Below, piece after piece: positions 9,979 to 19,043 of a stretch of DNA of 64,000 nucleotides; the first letter of the stretch is position 1; each line of letters begins with the position of its first letter. Under the pieces are notes generated by a model that was not told the DNA's origin, ran no database searches, and was given only the letters and a program-made list of their open reading frames with translations. The stretch is from the NCBI GenBank assembly GCA_036676495.1, contig JAKFCT010000038.1, forward strand, positions 8,342-72,341, written 5' to 3'. Source of the stretch: Candidatus Sericytochromatia bacterium (GTDB taxonomy: Bacteria; Cyanobacteriota; Sericytochromatia; S15B-MN24; UBA4093). A program made the position numbers and the translations under genes.

Positions 9979-10005
9979 CAAGATCCCCTCCCGAGCCCCC
10001 GATAA
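9979..10005 (+). promoter_or_regulatory. Possible sigma28 (FliA)-type promoter
   Basis: CAAG-N15-CCCGATAA compared with consensus TAAA-N15-GCCGATAA. Confidence 0.35.
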
Positions 10006-10062
10006 ATAACCTAAGCCAAGGGATTAACACCTAGTGAAAAGCTCGGTTCGGAAAGGAAGTAG

Positions 10063-11427
10063 GTGATCAAGGTGAAAGCACGTCGCACGTTCGGAATCGT
10101 TGCGTTGGCGCTGGCCGCATCCTTCCTCGCCGGCTGCGGCAGGCCCTACACCAGCCCCGATCCCTACCAGGGCGGGACCGGTGGTTCTGGCTTCCCCCAG
10201 ACTCCTCAGCTTCCTTCGGGAACCGTCGTGGGTCGCGTGGTCGACTCCCGCACCGGTCTGGGAGTCCCCGACGTCGAGGTCTCGGTGCTGGGCGTGGTGC
10301 CCGCCCGGTCGACCCGTACCAACGGATCGGGCGACTTCACCCTGAACCAGGTTCCCGCCAACAAGGTCAAGCTTTCCCTCTTCAAGCAGGGTTACACCTA
10401 CCTCGCCTCCTACGGCGACGTGGTCGTGGACGTCCTCGCCGGCACCACCGTGACCTCCCCCGAGATCAAGATCGCCCACCAGATGGATGCGGTGCCCAAC
10501 TCCTTCGTGATGAGCTTCGGCAACCTCAACCGTCCCCGCGGCCTCACCATCGACGACACCAACGGCTTCATGCACGTCGTCACCTACGAGTCCTACCCCG
10601 TCAACTCCACCATCAACCTGCCCTGGCTGCGGGTCTGGGGCGTCCGCAAGTTCAACCTCAACGGCGGCCTCCAGAACAAGTTCGGCGGCAACCTCTTCAT
10701 CAACGACCTCGACGATCCCCAGGGCATCTCGGTCGATAAGGGCGGCAACCTCTTCATCGCCGATCCCGGCAAGGGTTCGAAGCCCATCCGCCAGTACGAC
10801 CTCAACGGCAAGTACGTTCCTCAGGCCGCTAACACCAACGAGTTCGCCGGGGTCGACAAGCCCTACGACATCTCGGTGATGCGGACCGGCATGTTCGGAG
10901 TCTCCTCGGCCGGCAACAACCAGGTCAAGTTCTTCGCCCAGGACCGTGCCACCCCCGCCGTGAACCCCAACAACGGCCAGCTGAAGCTGGAGAGCAGCTT
11001 CTCGACCGGCCTGCGCGGCATCGCCGTCGACGGCAACGACAACGTCTACGTGATCGACGCCAACGCCGGAGCCGGCAAGGTCATCCAGAAGTTCGACGCC
11101 TACGGTCGCCTGGTGATGTACTTCGGTTACACCAGCACCAGCCGCGCCGGTGGCCACTTCTCGAACCCCACCGACCTGGCCATCGACAACCGCAACGGCG
11201 AAATCTACGTGGTCGACGCCGGCAACAACCGGATCCAGCGCTTCAACCACGACGGCTCGTTCCTCTCGGAGTTCGGAGCGATGGGCCAGGCGAACGGCAA
11301 GTTCAACTCGCCGCACTCGATCGCCATCGACAAGGAAGGCTTCATCTACGTCTCGGACACCAACAACAACCGCGTCCAGAAGTTCGCCCCCTCGCGGATG
11401 CAGCAGGTCGGTCAGAGCAACTTCTAA
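10063..11427 (+). CDS. Lipoprotein with carboxypeptidase-regulatory-like domain and NHL-repeat beta-propeller
   Basis: Lipobox LAGC; GTVVGRVVDSRTG..V.V...T.TNGSGDFTL..VP; repeated P.GI.VD..GN.YV.D..NNRVQKF NHL units. Confidence 0.85.
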   Translation: MIKVKARRTFGIVALALAASFLAGCGRPYTSPDPYQGGTGGSGFPQTPQLPSGTVVGRVVDSRTGLGVPDVEVSVLGVVPARSTRTNGSGDFTLNQVPANKVKLSLFKQGYTYLASYGDVVVDVLAGTTVTSPEIKIAHQMDAVPNSFVMSFGNLNRPRGLTIDDTNGFMHVVTYESYPVNSTINLPWLRVWGVRKFNLNGGLQNKFGGNLFINDLDDPQGISVDKGGNLFIADPGKGSKPIRQYDLNGKYVPQAANTNEFAGVDKPYDISVMRTGMFGVSSAGNNQVKFFAQDRATPAVNPNNGQLKLESSFSTGLRGIAVDGNDNVYVIDANAGAGKVIQKFDAYGRLVMYFGYTSTSRAGGHFSNPTDLAIDNRNGEIYVVDAGNNRIQRFNHDGSFLSEFGAMGQANGKFNSPHSIAIDKEGFIYVSDTNNNRVQKFAPSRMQQVGQSNF

Positions 11428-11433
11428 AACCCG

Positions 11434-11478
11434 AAACCAAGAGGAAGGCCCCCATCTCGGGGGCCTTCCTCTTGGTTT
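11434..11478. terminator. Bidirectional terminator between convergent genes
   Basis: Long inverted repeat AAACCAAGAGGAAGGCCCCC-atctc-GGGGGCCTTCCTCTTGGTTT. Confidence 0.8.
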
Positions 11479-11500
11479 GCCAGGGACATGAAACCGGAAA

Positions 11501-12544
11501 TCAAAGGGAACGGAGCGGCTCCACCGGGCGCCGCAACGCCTCCAGGCTCAAGCCCTCCTTGAGGGCCAGCAGCATCCCCGCGGCCTCCAGGTAGCTCGAC
11601 GCCAAGAGGGCCGGGATCCCGAGCATCTCGGGAGTCACCTTGCAAGCCGAGACCCCGGTCTTCACCGCAATCAGCGGGATGGAGCGCTCGGCAGCCGCCA
11701 GCATCGGAATGCCCCCGCAGGCCTCCCACGGAGCCACGATGGCCGCCACGTCGCCGATCACCCGATCGTCCCGGGTCGCCTCGGCGACGGTCACGTAGCG
11801 CGGAGCCCGCGCCAGCCCCTCCAGGATGCATGGCAGAAACGTCAGCCCGATGGTCTCGGCGGCGACCCGCGGATCCACGAGCCCCTCCTCCTCGAACGGC
11901 TCGTAGGGGGCATGGGCGCACGGCACCATGAGCGCATCGACCAAAAGATGCGAGAGGACGGCCTCGAGGCCACCGATCGGATCGGGGCCGGATCCCCGGG
12001 AGTAGGCCTCGGCCCGATCGGGAGGAACCTCGGGCATGCGCGCGACCAGGGCGATCGCCTCGGCCCCCTTTCGCACGGCCTTCCGGGCCGCGTCCAGCAG
12101 GACCTCGGGGTTCGCGATCTCTCCATGGGTCGCCCCGAACTCCCCGCCGGTGAGCCGGAGATCGAGGCGCTCATCGGTGGGCACCCAGCCGATCAGATCC
12201 GTCCCGGCCACGGTTCGCGTGGCGTTGGCCGCATTGGTGATCCGGATCATGGCCTGCGGATCGTCGGCGACGGCCCGATCGATCACCATGGCGATCCGGT
12301 TGGATCGGACGGGGCGGAGGGCCCAGTGGCCCATGGCGAAGCGATCGAGCGCATGGCCCTCGATGTAGAGCACGTTCGGGCGGGCACGGTACATGACCGC
12401 CGCGTTGACGGCATTGGGATGGGTGAGCAAGAGGTCGCACGCCGAAGCCAGCACGTTGGTGGCCGGGGTGGCGTCGCCCGCATACCCGCCGACCTCGCAG
12501 CCGATGCCGGTGGGGACGATCTGGAGCGCGATGAAGGGCTTCAC
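11501..12544 (-). CDS. DUF3326 family protein
   Basis: IVPTGIGCEVGGYAGDA, THPNAVNAA, YIEGHALDRFA, DPIGGLEAVLSHL, PCAHAP, DPRVAAE.IG.TFLPCIL.GL match the cyanobacterial/plastid DUF3326 family as I recall it. Confidence 0.85.
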   Translation of the reverse strand: MKPFIALQIVPTGIGCEVGGYAGDATPATNVLASACDLLLTHPNAVNAAVMYRARPNVLYIEGHALDRFAMGHWALRPVRSNRIAMVIDRAVADDPQAMIRITNAANATRTVAGTDLIGWVPTDERLDLRLTGGEFGATHGEIANPEVLLDAARKAVRKGAEAIALVARMPEVPPDRAEAYSRGSGPDPIGGLEAVLSHLLVDALMVPCAHAPYEPFEEEGLVDPRVAAETIGLTFLPCILEGLARAPRYVTVAEATRDDRVIGDVAAIVAPWEACGGIPMLAAAERSIPLIAVKTGVSACKVTPEMLGIPALLASSYLEAAGMLLALKEGLSLEALRRPVEPLRSL

Positions 12545-12705
12545 CGGATCACGGCCCCTTCCACCAGGAAGCGCCCGTCCTGGCAGGCGGTGATGGCCCA
12601 GCGCAGCGGACGGCCGTCAAGGGCTTCGGCGAGGTGACGTTCGAGTTCGGAGGCCCGGAACCCGCTCGATGGAGCGGGAATCCAGAGGGCGAAGGCCTGG
12701 ATCAC
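12541..12705 (-). CDS. Small hypothetical protein (PLRWAIT motif)
   Basis: GTG at 12705 after GAGAGG; stop overlaps the DUF3326 start; PLRWAIT..VEG.V resembles a small conserved cyanobacterial protein (from memory, unverified). Confidence 0.55.
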   Translation of the reverse strand: MIQAFALWIPAPSSGFRASELERHLAEALDGRPLRWAITACQDGRFLVEGAVIR

Positions 12706-12715
12706 GCTCGGCCTC

Positions 12716-13201
12716 TCAGGCGTCGCGTCGGGGGCGCGACTCGGCGAGCTCCCCGCCATGCTCGGCCAGCTCGTCCTCCGAGAAGAGGGTCGTGGGGTCG
12801 AGAAGGATGACCAGGCGATTGCCGACCTTCGCCAGGCCCGAGATCGCCATCGAGCGCTCCCGCAGGGCGTCGGAAGGAGGATCGATCCGATCGGCCGAGA
12901 GCGTCAGCACCTGATGAACGCCATCGACCTTCAGGCCGAAAGGCTCGCCCTGGGTCTCCGCCACCAGGATGCAGTCTTGCTCGTCGTGATGGGACTTGCT
13001 CTGAAGCTTGAAGAGGAGGCGCAGGTCGAAGACCGGCAAGATCTCCCCGCGCAGGTTGATCAGGCCCACGACGTGCTTGGCCGCGTTCGGCAAGGTCGTC
13101 GTGGGGACTAGGCCGAGGATCTCCCGGGCCTGCACCAGGGGGAGGCCGTATTCCTCGGCCCCCAGATAGAACGTCAGGATTTGAAGCGCGTCATGAGCCA
13201 T
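12716..13201 (-). CDS. cheW: Chemotaxis coupling protein CheW
   Basis: FYLGAEEYGL, GLINLRGEILPVFDL, GLKVDGV, LVILLDP. Confidence 0.93.
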   Translation of the reverse strand: MAHDALQILTFYLGAEEYGLPLVQAREILGLVPTTTLPNAAKHVVGLINLRGEILPVFDLRLLFKLQSKSHHDEQDCILVAETQGEPFGLKVDGVHQVLTLSADRIDPPSDALRERSMAISGLAKVGNRLVILLDPTTLFSEDELAEHGGELAESRPRRDA

Positions 13202-13997
13202 GCGATGCCATCTTCGATCGGTTGCGGGGTTTCTTGCCGCCGTCTTCCACCCCGAGGTAGCGGTTCAGTTGGGTCCGGAGGCGCAGGGCGGCCTGGGTGT
13301 GAAGCTGGCAGACCCGGGACTCCGAGACCCCCATGACGGCCCCGATCTCCTTCAAGGTGAGGCCTTCGTGGTAGTAAAGGGAGAGCAAGAGACGCTCTCG
13401 CTCGGGAAGCGCGTCGATGGCCTGCGACATCTGATCGACGAACTCCGACTCCTCCAGCTGGGCCACGGGGCCCGGCTTGTCATCGACCTGGGTATCGAGC
13501 CATGTGACGCTCTGGCCGTCGTCGCCGACCTGGACCAGTTCGTCCAGGGAGAGAAACGGGGAGGTCGCTTCCCCCTGGATGGAGTGAAGCTCCATCAGGG
13601 TGAGGCCCATGGCCGCCGCGAGCTCTTCCTCGGAGGGCGCCCGGGAGAGCTGGGCTTCGAGCTGGGAGATGGCCGTGGAGAGCTCGCGCGCCCGGGAGCG
13701 CACGGAACGCGGCACCCAGTCCTGGCTGCGCAGCTCATCGATGATCGCCCCGCGAATGCGGGTGATGGCGAAGGTTTCGAACTTCACCCCCCGCTCGAGG
13801 CTGAAGCGCTCGATGGCATGGATCAAGCCGATCACGCCGTAGCCGTAGAGATCGTCCTGGTCGACCGTCGCCGGAAGGGTGACGGCCATGCGCCCGACCA
13901 CGTAGCGCACCAGCGGCGCATACTGAAGAATCAGCTGCTCGCGCGCGGAGGCGTCCTGGGTGGTCTTGAACTTTTGCCAGAGCTCGTTGACGGCCAT
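13191..13997 (-). CDS. fliA: RNA polymerase sigma factor FliA/WhiG (sigma28)
   Basis: REQLILQYAPLV, FETFAITRIRGAIIDELRSQDWVPRSVR, LTLKEIGAVMGVSESRVCQLH; ATG at 13997. Confidence 0.95.
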   Translation of the reverse strand: MAVNELWQKFKTTQDASAREQLILQYAPLVRYVVGRMAVTLPATVDQDDLYGYGVIGLIHAIERFSLERGVKFETFAITRIRGAIIDELRSQDWVPRSVRSRARELSTAISQLEAQLSRAPSEEELAAAMGLTLMELHSIQGEATSPFLSLDELVQVGDDGQSVTWLDTQVDDKPGPVAQLEESEFVDQMSQAIDALPERERLLLSLYYHEGLTLKEIGAVMGVSESRVCQLHTQAALRLRTQLNRYLGVEDGGKKPRNRSKMASHGS

Positions 13998-14003
13998 GCT
14001 TCT

Positions 14004-14009
14004 ATTGTA
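14004..14009 (-). promoter_or_regulatory. -10 element directly upstream of fliA (leaderless arrangement)
   Basis: Minus strand reads GGG-TACAAT-AGAAGC-ATG with no SD. Confidence 0.45.
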
Positions 14010-14080
14010 CCCGCTAGGCTGCATCTATCGCGACTCCGTGCCGCTCGAAAGGGCCTTTCGGCCGGCGCTCCGAGCCGGGC

Positions 14081-14389
14081 TCAGTCGTCCCGAACCATCT
14101 GCTGCACCACCCGGGCCGCCTTCTGGTAGTCGAGGGGCGTGAACTCCTCGGCCGGAGCCGCCTCGTTGAGGGTGAAGTCGACCATGCGCCCCTTGACGGG
14201 CGGAGCCGTCCGGGTCCCCGCGGTCGCGAGCAAGGCGTCGAAGCCCAAGCCCACCACGGCGCCGACCAGCAGGCCGATGCTGACGCGCAGAATGAAGGCT
14301 CCCTCCGAAACGTCGGCGAAGAGGGCCACGAAGGCGGTGGCGAAGCCGCAGAGTACCGCCAGGACCAGGGTCCAACTGCGCCCGTTCAT
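14081..14389 (-). CDS. Small two-TM hypothetical membrane protein
   Basis: Two hydrophobic helices, then a KGRMVDFTL..EEFTPLDY tail; ATGA overlap with cheD. Confidence 0.7.
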   Translation of the reverse strand: MNGRSWTLVLAVLCGFATAFVALFADVSEGAFILRVSIGLLVGAVVGLGFDALLATAGTRTAPPVKGRMVDFTLNEAAPAEEFTPLDYQKAARVVQQMVRDD

Positions 14390-14874
14390 TCGAGGACCTC
14401 TTCAGGCCCCAGGCGGCGGCGAATGAAGAAGCGATCGGTCGCGACCTCGAAGCGGACGGAGCGCCCCTGGGTGCCCCCGACATCCGAAGCCAGGAGGGGA
14501 ATCCGAGACGCGGCCAGGGCCTGCGTCACCGCCGCGATGTTGCGCTCCCCGACGCTGAGGCTCGGGCCGGCCTTGAACATCTGGGCCCCGCCGGCCATCT
14601 TGGCGACCAGGGAGGAAGGCTTCGCTCCCCGGGAGACCAGCTCCGTGATCAGGCGCGGGACGGCGGTGTCGGCGAACTTGCCCGGAGCGTCGGCCGCGGC
14701 GCCCTGAGCGCTATCCGGCAGGAGGACATGGGCCATGCCGGCCAGGCGGCTCTTGGGCTGATAGATGACCAGCGCGATGCAAGAGCCGAGTCCCGGCACG
14801 ACGAAAGACGTCTGAGGGGTCTCCGAGAGGCGGATTTCCGACATTCCCACGTGGGCGAGCGTCCCCGTGGTCAC
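14386..14874 (-). CDS. cheD: Chemoreceptor glutamine deamidase CheD
   Basis: GLGSCIAL, GMAHVLLP, KFADTA, AKMAGGAQMF, SDVGGTQGR. Confidence 0.95.
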   Translation of the reverse strand: MTTGTLAHVGMSEIRLSETPQTSFVVPGLGSCIALVIYQPKSRLAGMAHVLLPDSAQGAAADAPGKFADTAVPRLITELVSRGAKPSSLVAKMAGGAQMFKAGPSLSVGERNIAAVTQALAASRIPLLASDVGGTQGRSVRFEVATDRFFIRRRLGPEEVLE

Positions 14875-15491
14875 CGGCCCATCATCCCCATGCCCTGCAA
14901 GAGGGTCTCCAGCGAATCCGGCGTGGGCAACATGAACATGTACCCCTTCAGCGGGCCCCCGTTCTCCGCCGAGAACTCGGTCTCCAGGGCCAGGACCCGA
15001 TCGGAGGCGACGGCCAGCTCGGCGACCACCGCGTCGAGCACCGCGCCCACCATGTCCGAGGCCAGGTGCGGAACCGAGACCTGCATCTCCAGCTTGGTCA
15101 GGCCGCCCAGGGCCACCAGGTAGCTTGCCGTGAGGACGTTACCAACTTCTCCCAGGATGGAGGTGCCCATCTCGTCGATCTCGGGGGTCTTGCCCAGGGG
15201 GTAGCCCATGACCAGGTCGACCAGCAGCGTGGCGTGATCGTAGGGCAAGAGGAAGAGCATGTGGCCGTTGACCTGGCCTTCGATCTGGAGGTAGATCGCC
15301 CAGACGAGCGTGTCGGGCCCTCCGACCATGATGTTGACCTGGGTCAAGGGCATGACGGAGGCCTTGGGCACCGCCATGAGGATGCGCTGCCGCAAGAGCT
15401 TGGAGAGGGCGGTCGCCGCATGCCCAGCCCCGATGTTGCCGGCCTCGCGAAGCGCGTCCAGCTGCAGCGTACTGAGGGCCGTGATGTCCAT
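14871..15491 (-). CDS. cheC: CheY-P phosphatase CheC
   Basis: DALREAGNIGAGHAATALS and a second site SILGEVGNVL. Confidence 0.93.
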   Translation of the reverse strand: MDITALSTLQLDALREAGNIGAGHAATALSKLLRQRILMAVPKASVMPLTQVNIMVGGPDTLVWAIYLQIEGQVNGHMLFLLPYDHATLLVDLVMGYPLGKTPEIDEMGTSILGEVGNVLTASYLVALGGLTKLEMQVSVPHLASDMVGAVLDAVVAELAVASDRVLALETEFSAENGGPLKGYMFMLPTPDSLETLLQGMGMMGR

Positions 15492-15499
15492 GTGGCCTC

Positions 15500-17554
15500 C
15501 TAAACCAGCGTGGCCGCGTCCAGGATAAGCGCCAAGCGCCCATCTCCGAGGATCGCAGCCCCGCTCAGGTGATTCAATTTCCCCACTAGCCGGCTAATGG
15601 GCTTGATGACAACTTCTTGCTGCCCTAGCAATTTATCTACCACCAAGCCCGCCTTTTTACTCCCGATCCGGACCACGACCACGGCTTCTTCCGCCGTCGA
15701 GGGGGCTGCGTTCAGCCCCAAGGCCTGGTCCAAACGGATCAAGGACAGCGATTGCCCGCGCAGGACGACCATCTCGGAGTCTTGCACCCGCTGCACGGAC
15801 AGTTCCGCGAGATCGATGGCCTCCTCGATGAACGAGAGCGGGAGCGCGAGGATGGCCTCCCCCACCTCGACCAGCATCGCCTGGATGATGGCCAGCGTCA
15901 GCGGCAGCATGACGGTCACGGTCGAGCCGGCCCCCAGGGTGGAGTCGACATCGACGGCCCCCCCGAGACTCAGGACCTTGCTCTTCACCGCATCCATACC
16001 CACCCCGCGCCCGGAGATGGCATTGGCGGTCTCGCGGGTCGAGAAGCCGGGAGCGAAAAGCAGATCGTAGGCTTGCTTCTCGCTGAGGCGCGCGCCCTCC
16101 TCCTCGGTGAGGAGTCCCTTGGAGACGGCGCTGGCGATCACCCGCTCCGGGTCGATGCCGCGGCCGTCGTCGGAGACCTCGATGATGACGTGGTTGCCTT
16201 CATGGCGAGCCGAGAGGCGGACCGTCGCGGTCAGCGGCTTGCCGGAGGCCGCGCGATCCGCCGGGTCCTCGATGCCATGATCGATCGCGTTGCGCAGCAA
16301 GTGAACCAGCGGCTCGCCAATCTCGTCGATGACGAGGCGATCGAGCTCGGTATCCTGGCCCTCGATCTGGAGGTGGACGTCCTTGCCGAGCTCCCGCGAG
16401 AGGTCCCGGATCATGCGGGGAAAACGGTTGAAGACGCGCTCGACGGGAGTCATGCGCAGCTTCATGGCGACGTTCTGAAGCTCGGAGATCACCGATCCGA
16501 TGTGCCGGATGGTCTCGGAGAGCTCGGGAACCTTTCCGCCGTTCTCGACCAGGCGGTTTCGATCGATCACCAGCTCGCCGACCAGGTTGACCAGCCGATC
16601 GAGGCGATCGGTGGGAACGCGGACCGTCTGATTGGTCTTGGGGGCAGGCGCCTCGGGAGCCTTCGCCTCTGGCTCCGGGGACGGTTTGGCGATCGCCGGC
16701 CGCCCCGCCGGGGACGGTTGCGGCGCCTGGGGCTGGGGGGCCTGCGGCTCGGGAGCCTGAGCTACAGGAACCTGCAACTCCAAGGCGGGAGTCGCGACGG
16801 CCGGGGCTTCGGGCGGCAGCTCGAGCACCTCGCAGACCTCGACGCTCTCGATTTCCGAAACGTCCAGGACCCGCTCCTTGAGCTTCGAGGCGTCCTCCTG
16901 GCTGACCACCACGAGCGCGAAGTCCTGGTCGAAGCGCTCCTCTTCGAGCTCCGGCACCGACGGAGACGCCTTGATGATCTCGCCGGCCTGCTCGAGCGCG
17001 GTGAGCACCATGTAGGCGCGAACGCCCTTCAACAAGCAGCCACCCTCGAGGCGCACCTTCACCCAGTAGGCCCTGAAGCCCTTGGCCTTGGCCTCTTCGA
17101 GCACGGTTCGCTCGAACGAGTCGAACTCCGGCAAGGCCTGGCTCACGCTGTCAGAGGGCGTCTGGCGCTCCTCCGCGGGGAGCCCGGCGACGCGGGCCGT
17201 CAACGCCGGGTCGACCGTGTCGGGGCCTCCGGCGGCGACGGATTCGAGCGAGTGCGTCAGCGCGTCGACGCAGGCGAAAAGCAGGTCGATCACATCGCCG
17301 TCCAGCTGCAGCTGCTCGCTGCGCAGGGCATCGAGCACTCCTTCCATGGCATGCGTCAGCTCGGCGATCCCCTGGAAGCCCATGGTGGCGGACATGCCCT
17401 TCACGGTGTGCGCGGCCCGGAAGATCTCGTCGAGCACGGCGCGCGGGTGGTCCCCGACCTCGAGCAGGAGGATCTTCTCGTTGAGGGTGGCCAGGTTCTC
17501 CCGCGCTTCCTCGATGAAGAGGCTCAGGTACGGGGAGGGATCGATCGGGTTCAT
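15500..17554 (-). CDS. cheA: Chemotaxis histidine kinase CheA
   Basis: Hpt IFRAAHTVKGMS, P2 domain, dimerisation LVNLVGELVI, HLLRNAIDHGIE, SGRGVGMD, C-terminal CheW-like domain. Confidence 0.97.
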   Translation of the reverse strand: MNPIDPSPYLSLFIEEARENLATLNEKILLLEVGDHPRAVLDEIFRAAHTVKGMSATMGFQGIAELTHAMEGVLDALRSEQLQLDGDVIDLLFACVDALTHSLESVAAGGPDTVDPALTARVAGLPAEERQTPSDSVSQALPEFDSFERTVLEEAKAKGFRAYWVKVRLEGGCLLKGVRAYMVLTALEQAGEIIKASPSVPELEEERFDQDFALVVVSQEDASKLKERVLDVSEIESVEVCEVLELPPEAPAVATPALELQVPVAQAPEPQAPQPQAPQPSPAGRPAIAKPSPEPEAKAPEAPAPKTNQTVRVPTDRLDRLVNLVGELVIDRNRLVENGGKVPELSETIRHIGSVISELQNVAMKLRMTPVERVFNRFPRMIRDLSRELGKDVHLQIEGQDTELDRLVIDEIGEPLVHLLRNAIDHGIEDPADRAASGKPLTATVRLSARHEGNHVIIEVSDDGRGIDPERVIASAVSKGLLTEEEGARLSEKQAYDLLFAPGFSTRETANAISGRGVGMDAVKSKVLSLGGAVDVDSTLGAGSTVTVMLPLTLAIIQAMLVEVGEAILALPLSFIEEAIDLAELSVQRVQDSEMVVLRGQSLSLIRLDQALGLNAAPSTAEEAVVVVRIGSKKAGLVVDKLLGQQEVVIKPISRLVGKLNHLSGAAILGDGRLALILDAATLV

Positions 17555-17585
17555 GGAAGTCCTCCGCTCACGGCTGGTCCTCGGC

Positions 17586-18377
17586 TCATGGTTTCAGGTA
17601 AAAGAAGGGGCGTGGCTGCAGGAAGCCCATCTCTCGGAAATCGAGGATTCGCTCGGTTCCCCCGATGAACAGCATGCCGCCAGGCTCCAGCCCCTGGTAG
17701 AAGGCACGATAGAGCTTGTCCTTGCTCTCCTGGGTGAAGTAGATGACCACGTTTCGGCAGAGGATCAGGTGGCAGCCCGAAAGCGGCGGATCCTCCAGGA
17801 GGTTCTGGGAGCGGTAGGAGAGGTGGCGCAAGAGCTCCGGGCGTAGCCGCACGCTGCCGGCCTCAGCGCCCCGCACCTCGACGGGAGTGAAGTAGGCCTC
17901 CAGGTCGCGGGGCGAGAGGTTCTTGGTCTCGTAGGCATGGTAGAGGCCCTCGCTGGCGCGCTCCAGGATGCCGCGGTCGATGTCGGTCCCGATCAGCTCG
18001 ACCCGGTCGAGGGCCTTGAGGCGATCGAGCAGGATGGCGACCGAGGAGAGCTCGGCACCCGACGAGCAGCCGGCACTCCAGATGCGCAGGCGATCGAAGC
18101 GGGAGAGCAGCTCGGGCAGGATGAGGCGTTCGAGTTCCTCGAACTTCTCGGGGTTGCGGAAGAACTCCGAGACGTTGATGGTCAGGCCGTCGATGAACTC
18201 CTGCAGACGGTTGGGATCGGCGCTCAGGAGATCGTAATAGGCGTCCAAGGAGTCGAGCTTCGCCCGGGCCATCATCGAGCGGATGCGGCGCTCCATCTGC
18301 CGGGGCTTGTACTGATCCAGATCCAGCTTCACCCATGGCGCCATGCGGCGTTTGAACTGAAGAAACTCGTCTTGCAC
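17586..18377 (-). CDS. cheR: Chemotaxis methyltransferase CheR
   Basis: LTINVSEFFRNP, IWSAGCSSG, LILCRNVVIYF, LFIGGTE. Confidence 0.95.
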   Translation of the reverse strand: MQDEFLQFKRRMAPWVKLDLDQYKPRQMERRIRSMMARAKLDSLDAYYDLLSADPNRLQEFIDGLTINVSEFFRNPEKFEELERLILPELLSRFDRLRIWSAGCSSGAELSSVAILLDRLKALDRVELIGTDIDRGILERASEGLYHAYETKNLSPRDLEAYFTPVEVRGAEAGSVRLRPELLRHLSYRSQNLLEDPPLSGCHLILCRNVVIYFTQESKDKLYRAFYQGLEPGGMLFIGGTERILDFREMGFLQPRPFFYLKP

Positions 18378-19031
18378 TCAGCGCACCCGATGCTTCAAGC
18401 GAATGACCTCTTCCCGGTGCTTGTTGAAGACGAACTTCACCAGGCGATCGCGATCGCGCTCGGCGATCGGATAGAACTCCACCGCCACGTGCCAGCGCCC
18501 GCTCTGGCGGCGCTCGGCGGGCGTCGCCCGCACGATCCGGCCCGTGATCTCCATGAGGCCGTAGGTCTCCATGGAGAGATGCACCCGGATGACCGTGCCC
18601 GCAGGGAACTCCTCGTTGAGCAGCAGCAGGCACCCCCCGCCGGAGAGATCCTGAAGGAGCCCCTGGCGCAGGCGGGTGAACTTGCCGTCTCGGGCGACCT
18701 GATAATCCATGGGCATGGTCATCGCCACCCGGAGGTGCTCACGGCGCTGGATCCGCTGGATCTGTTCCGGTTCGGGGAAGCCGAGGTCGATCCGCATGGA
18801 GATGGTGGCCTGCACGGGGCAGTCCAGCGTCCAGATGGCGTTGCCGCGCGGGAAGGTGACCCTGAGGTGCTTGCCGACGGGAATCGGCTTGCCGTCCTGC
18901 ATGGGACGGAAAAGGGCAAAGCCCTTGGGGCCGACCTCGAGGATCCGGCTCGAGAGTCGCGCCGTAGCATCGCCCGACTCCAAGAGGATGTCGACAATCT
19001 GGCCGGGGTTGAGTTCAGGCGTCACGACCAC
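18378..19031 (-). CDS. Flagellar brake protein (YcgR/PilZ c-di-GMP receptor)
   Basis: QRREHLR (RxxxR) and DLSGGG (DxSxxG) PilZ motifs with a YcgR-like N-terminal domain. Confidence 0.9.
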   Translation of the reverse strand: MVVTPELNPGQIVDILLESGDATARLSSRILEVGPKGFALFRPMQDGKPIPVGKHLRVTFPRGNAIWTLDCPVQATISMRIDLGFPEPEQIQRIQRREHLRVAMTMPMDYQVARDGKFTRLRQGLLQDLSGGGCLLLLNEEFPAGTVIRVHLSMETYGLMEITGRIVRATPAERRQSGRWHVAVEFYPIAERDRDRLVKFVFNKHREEVIRLKHRVR

Positions 19032-19043
19032 TTCCCCCCATGC

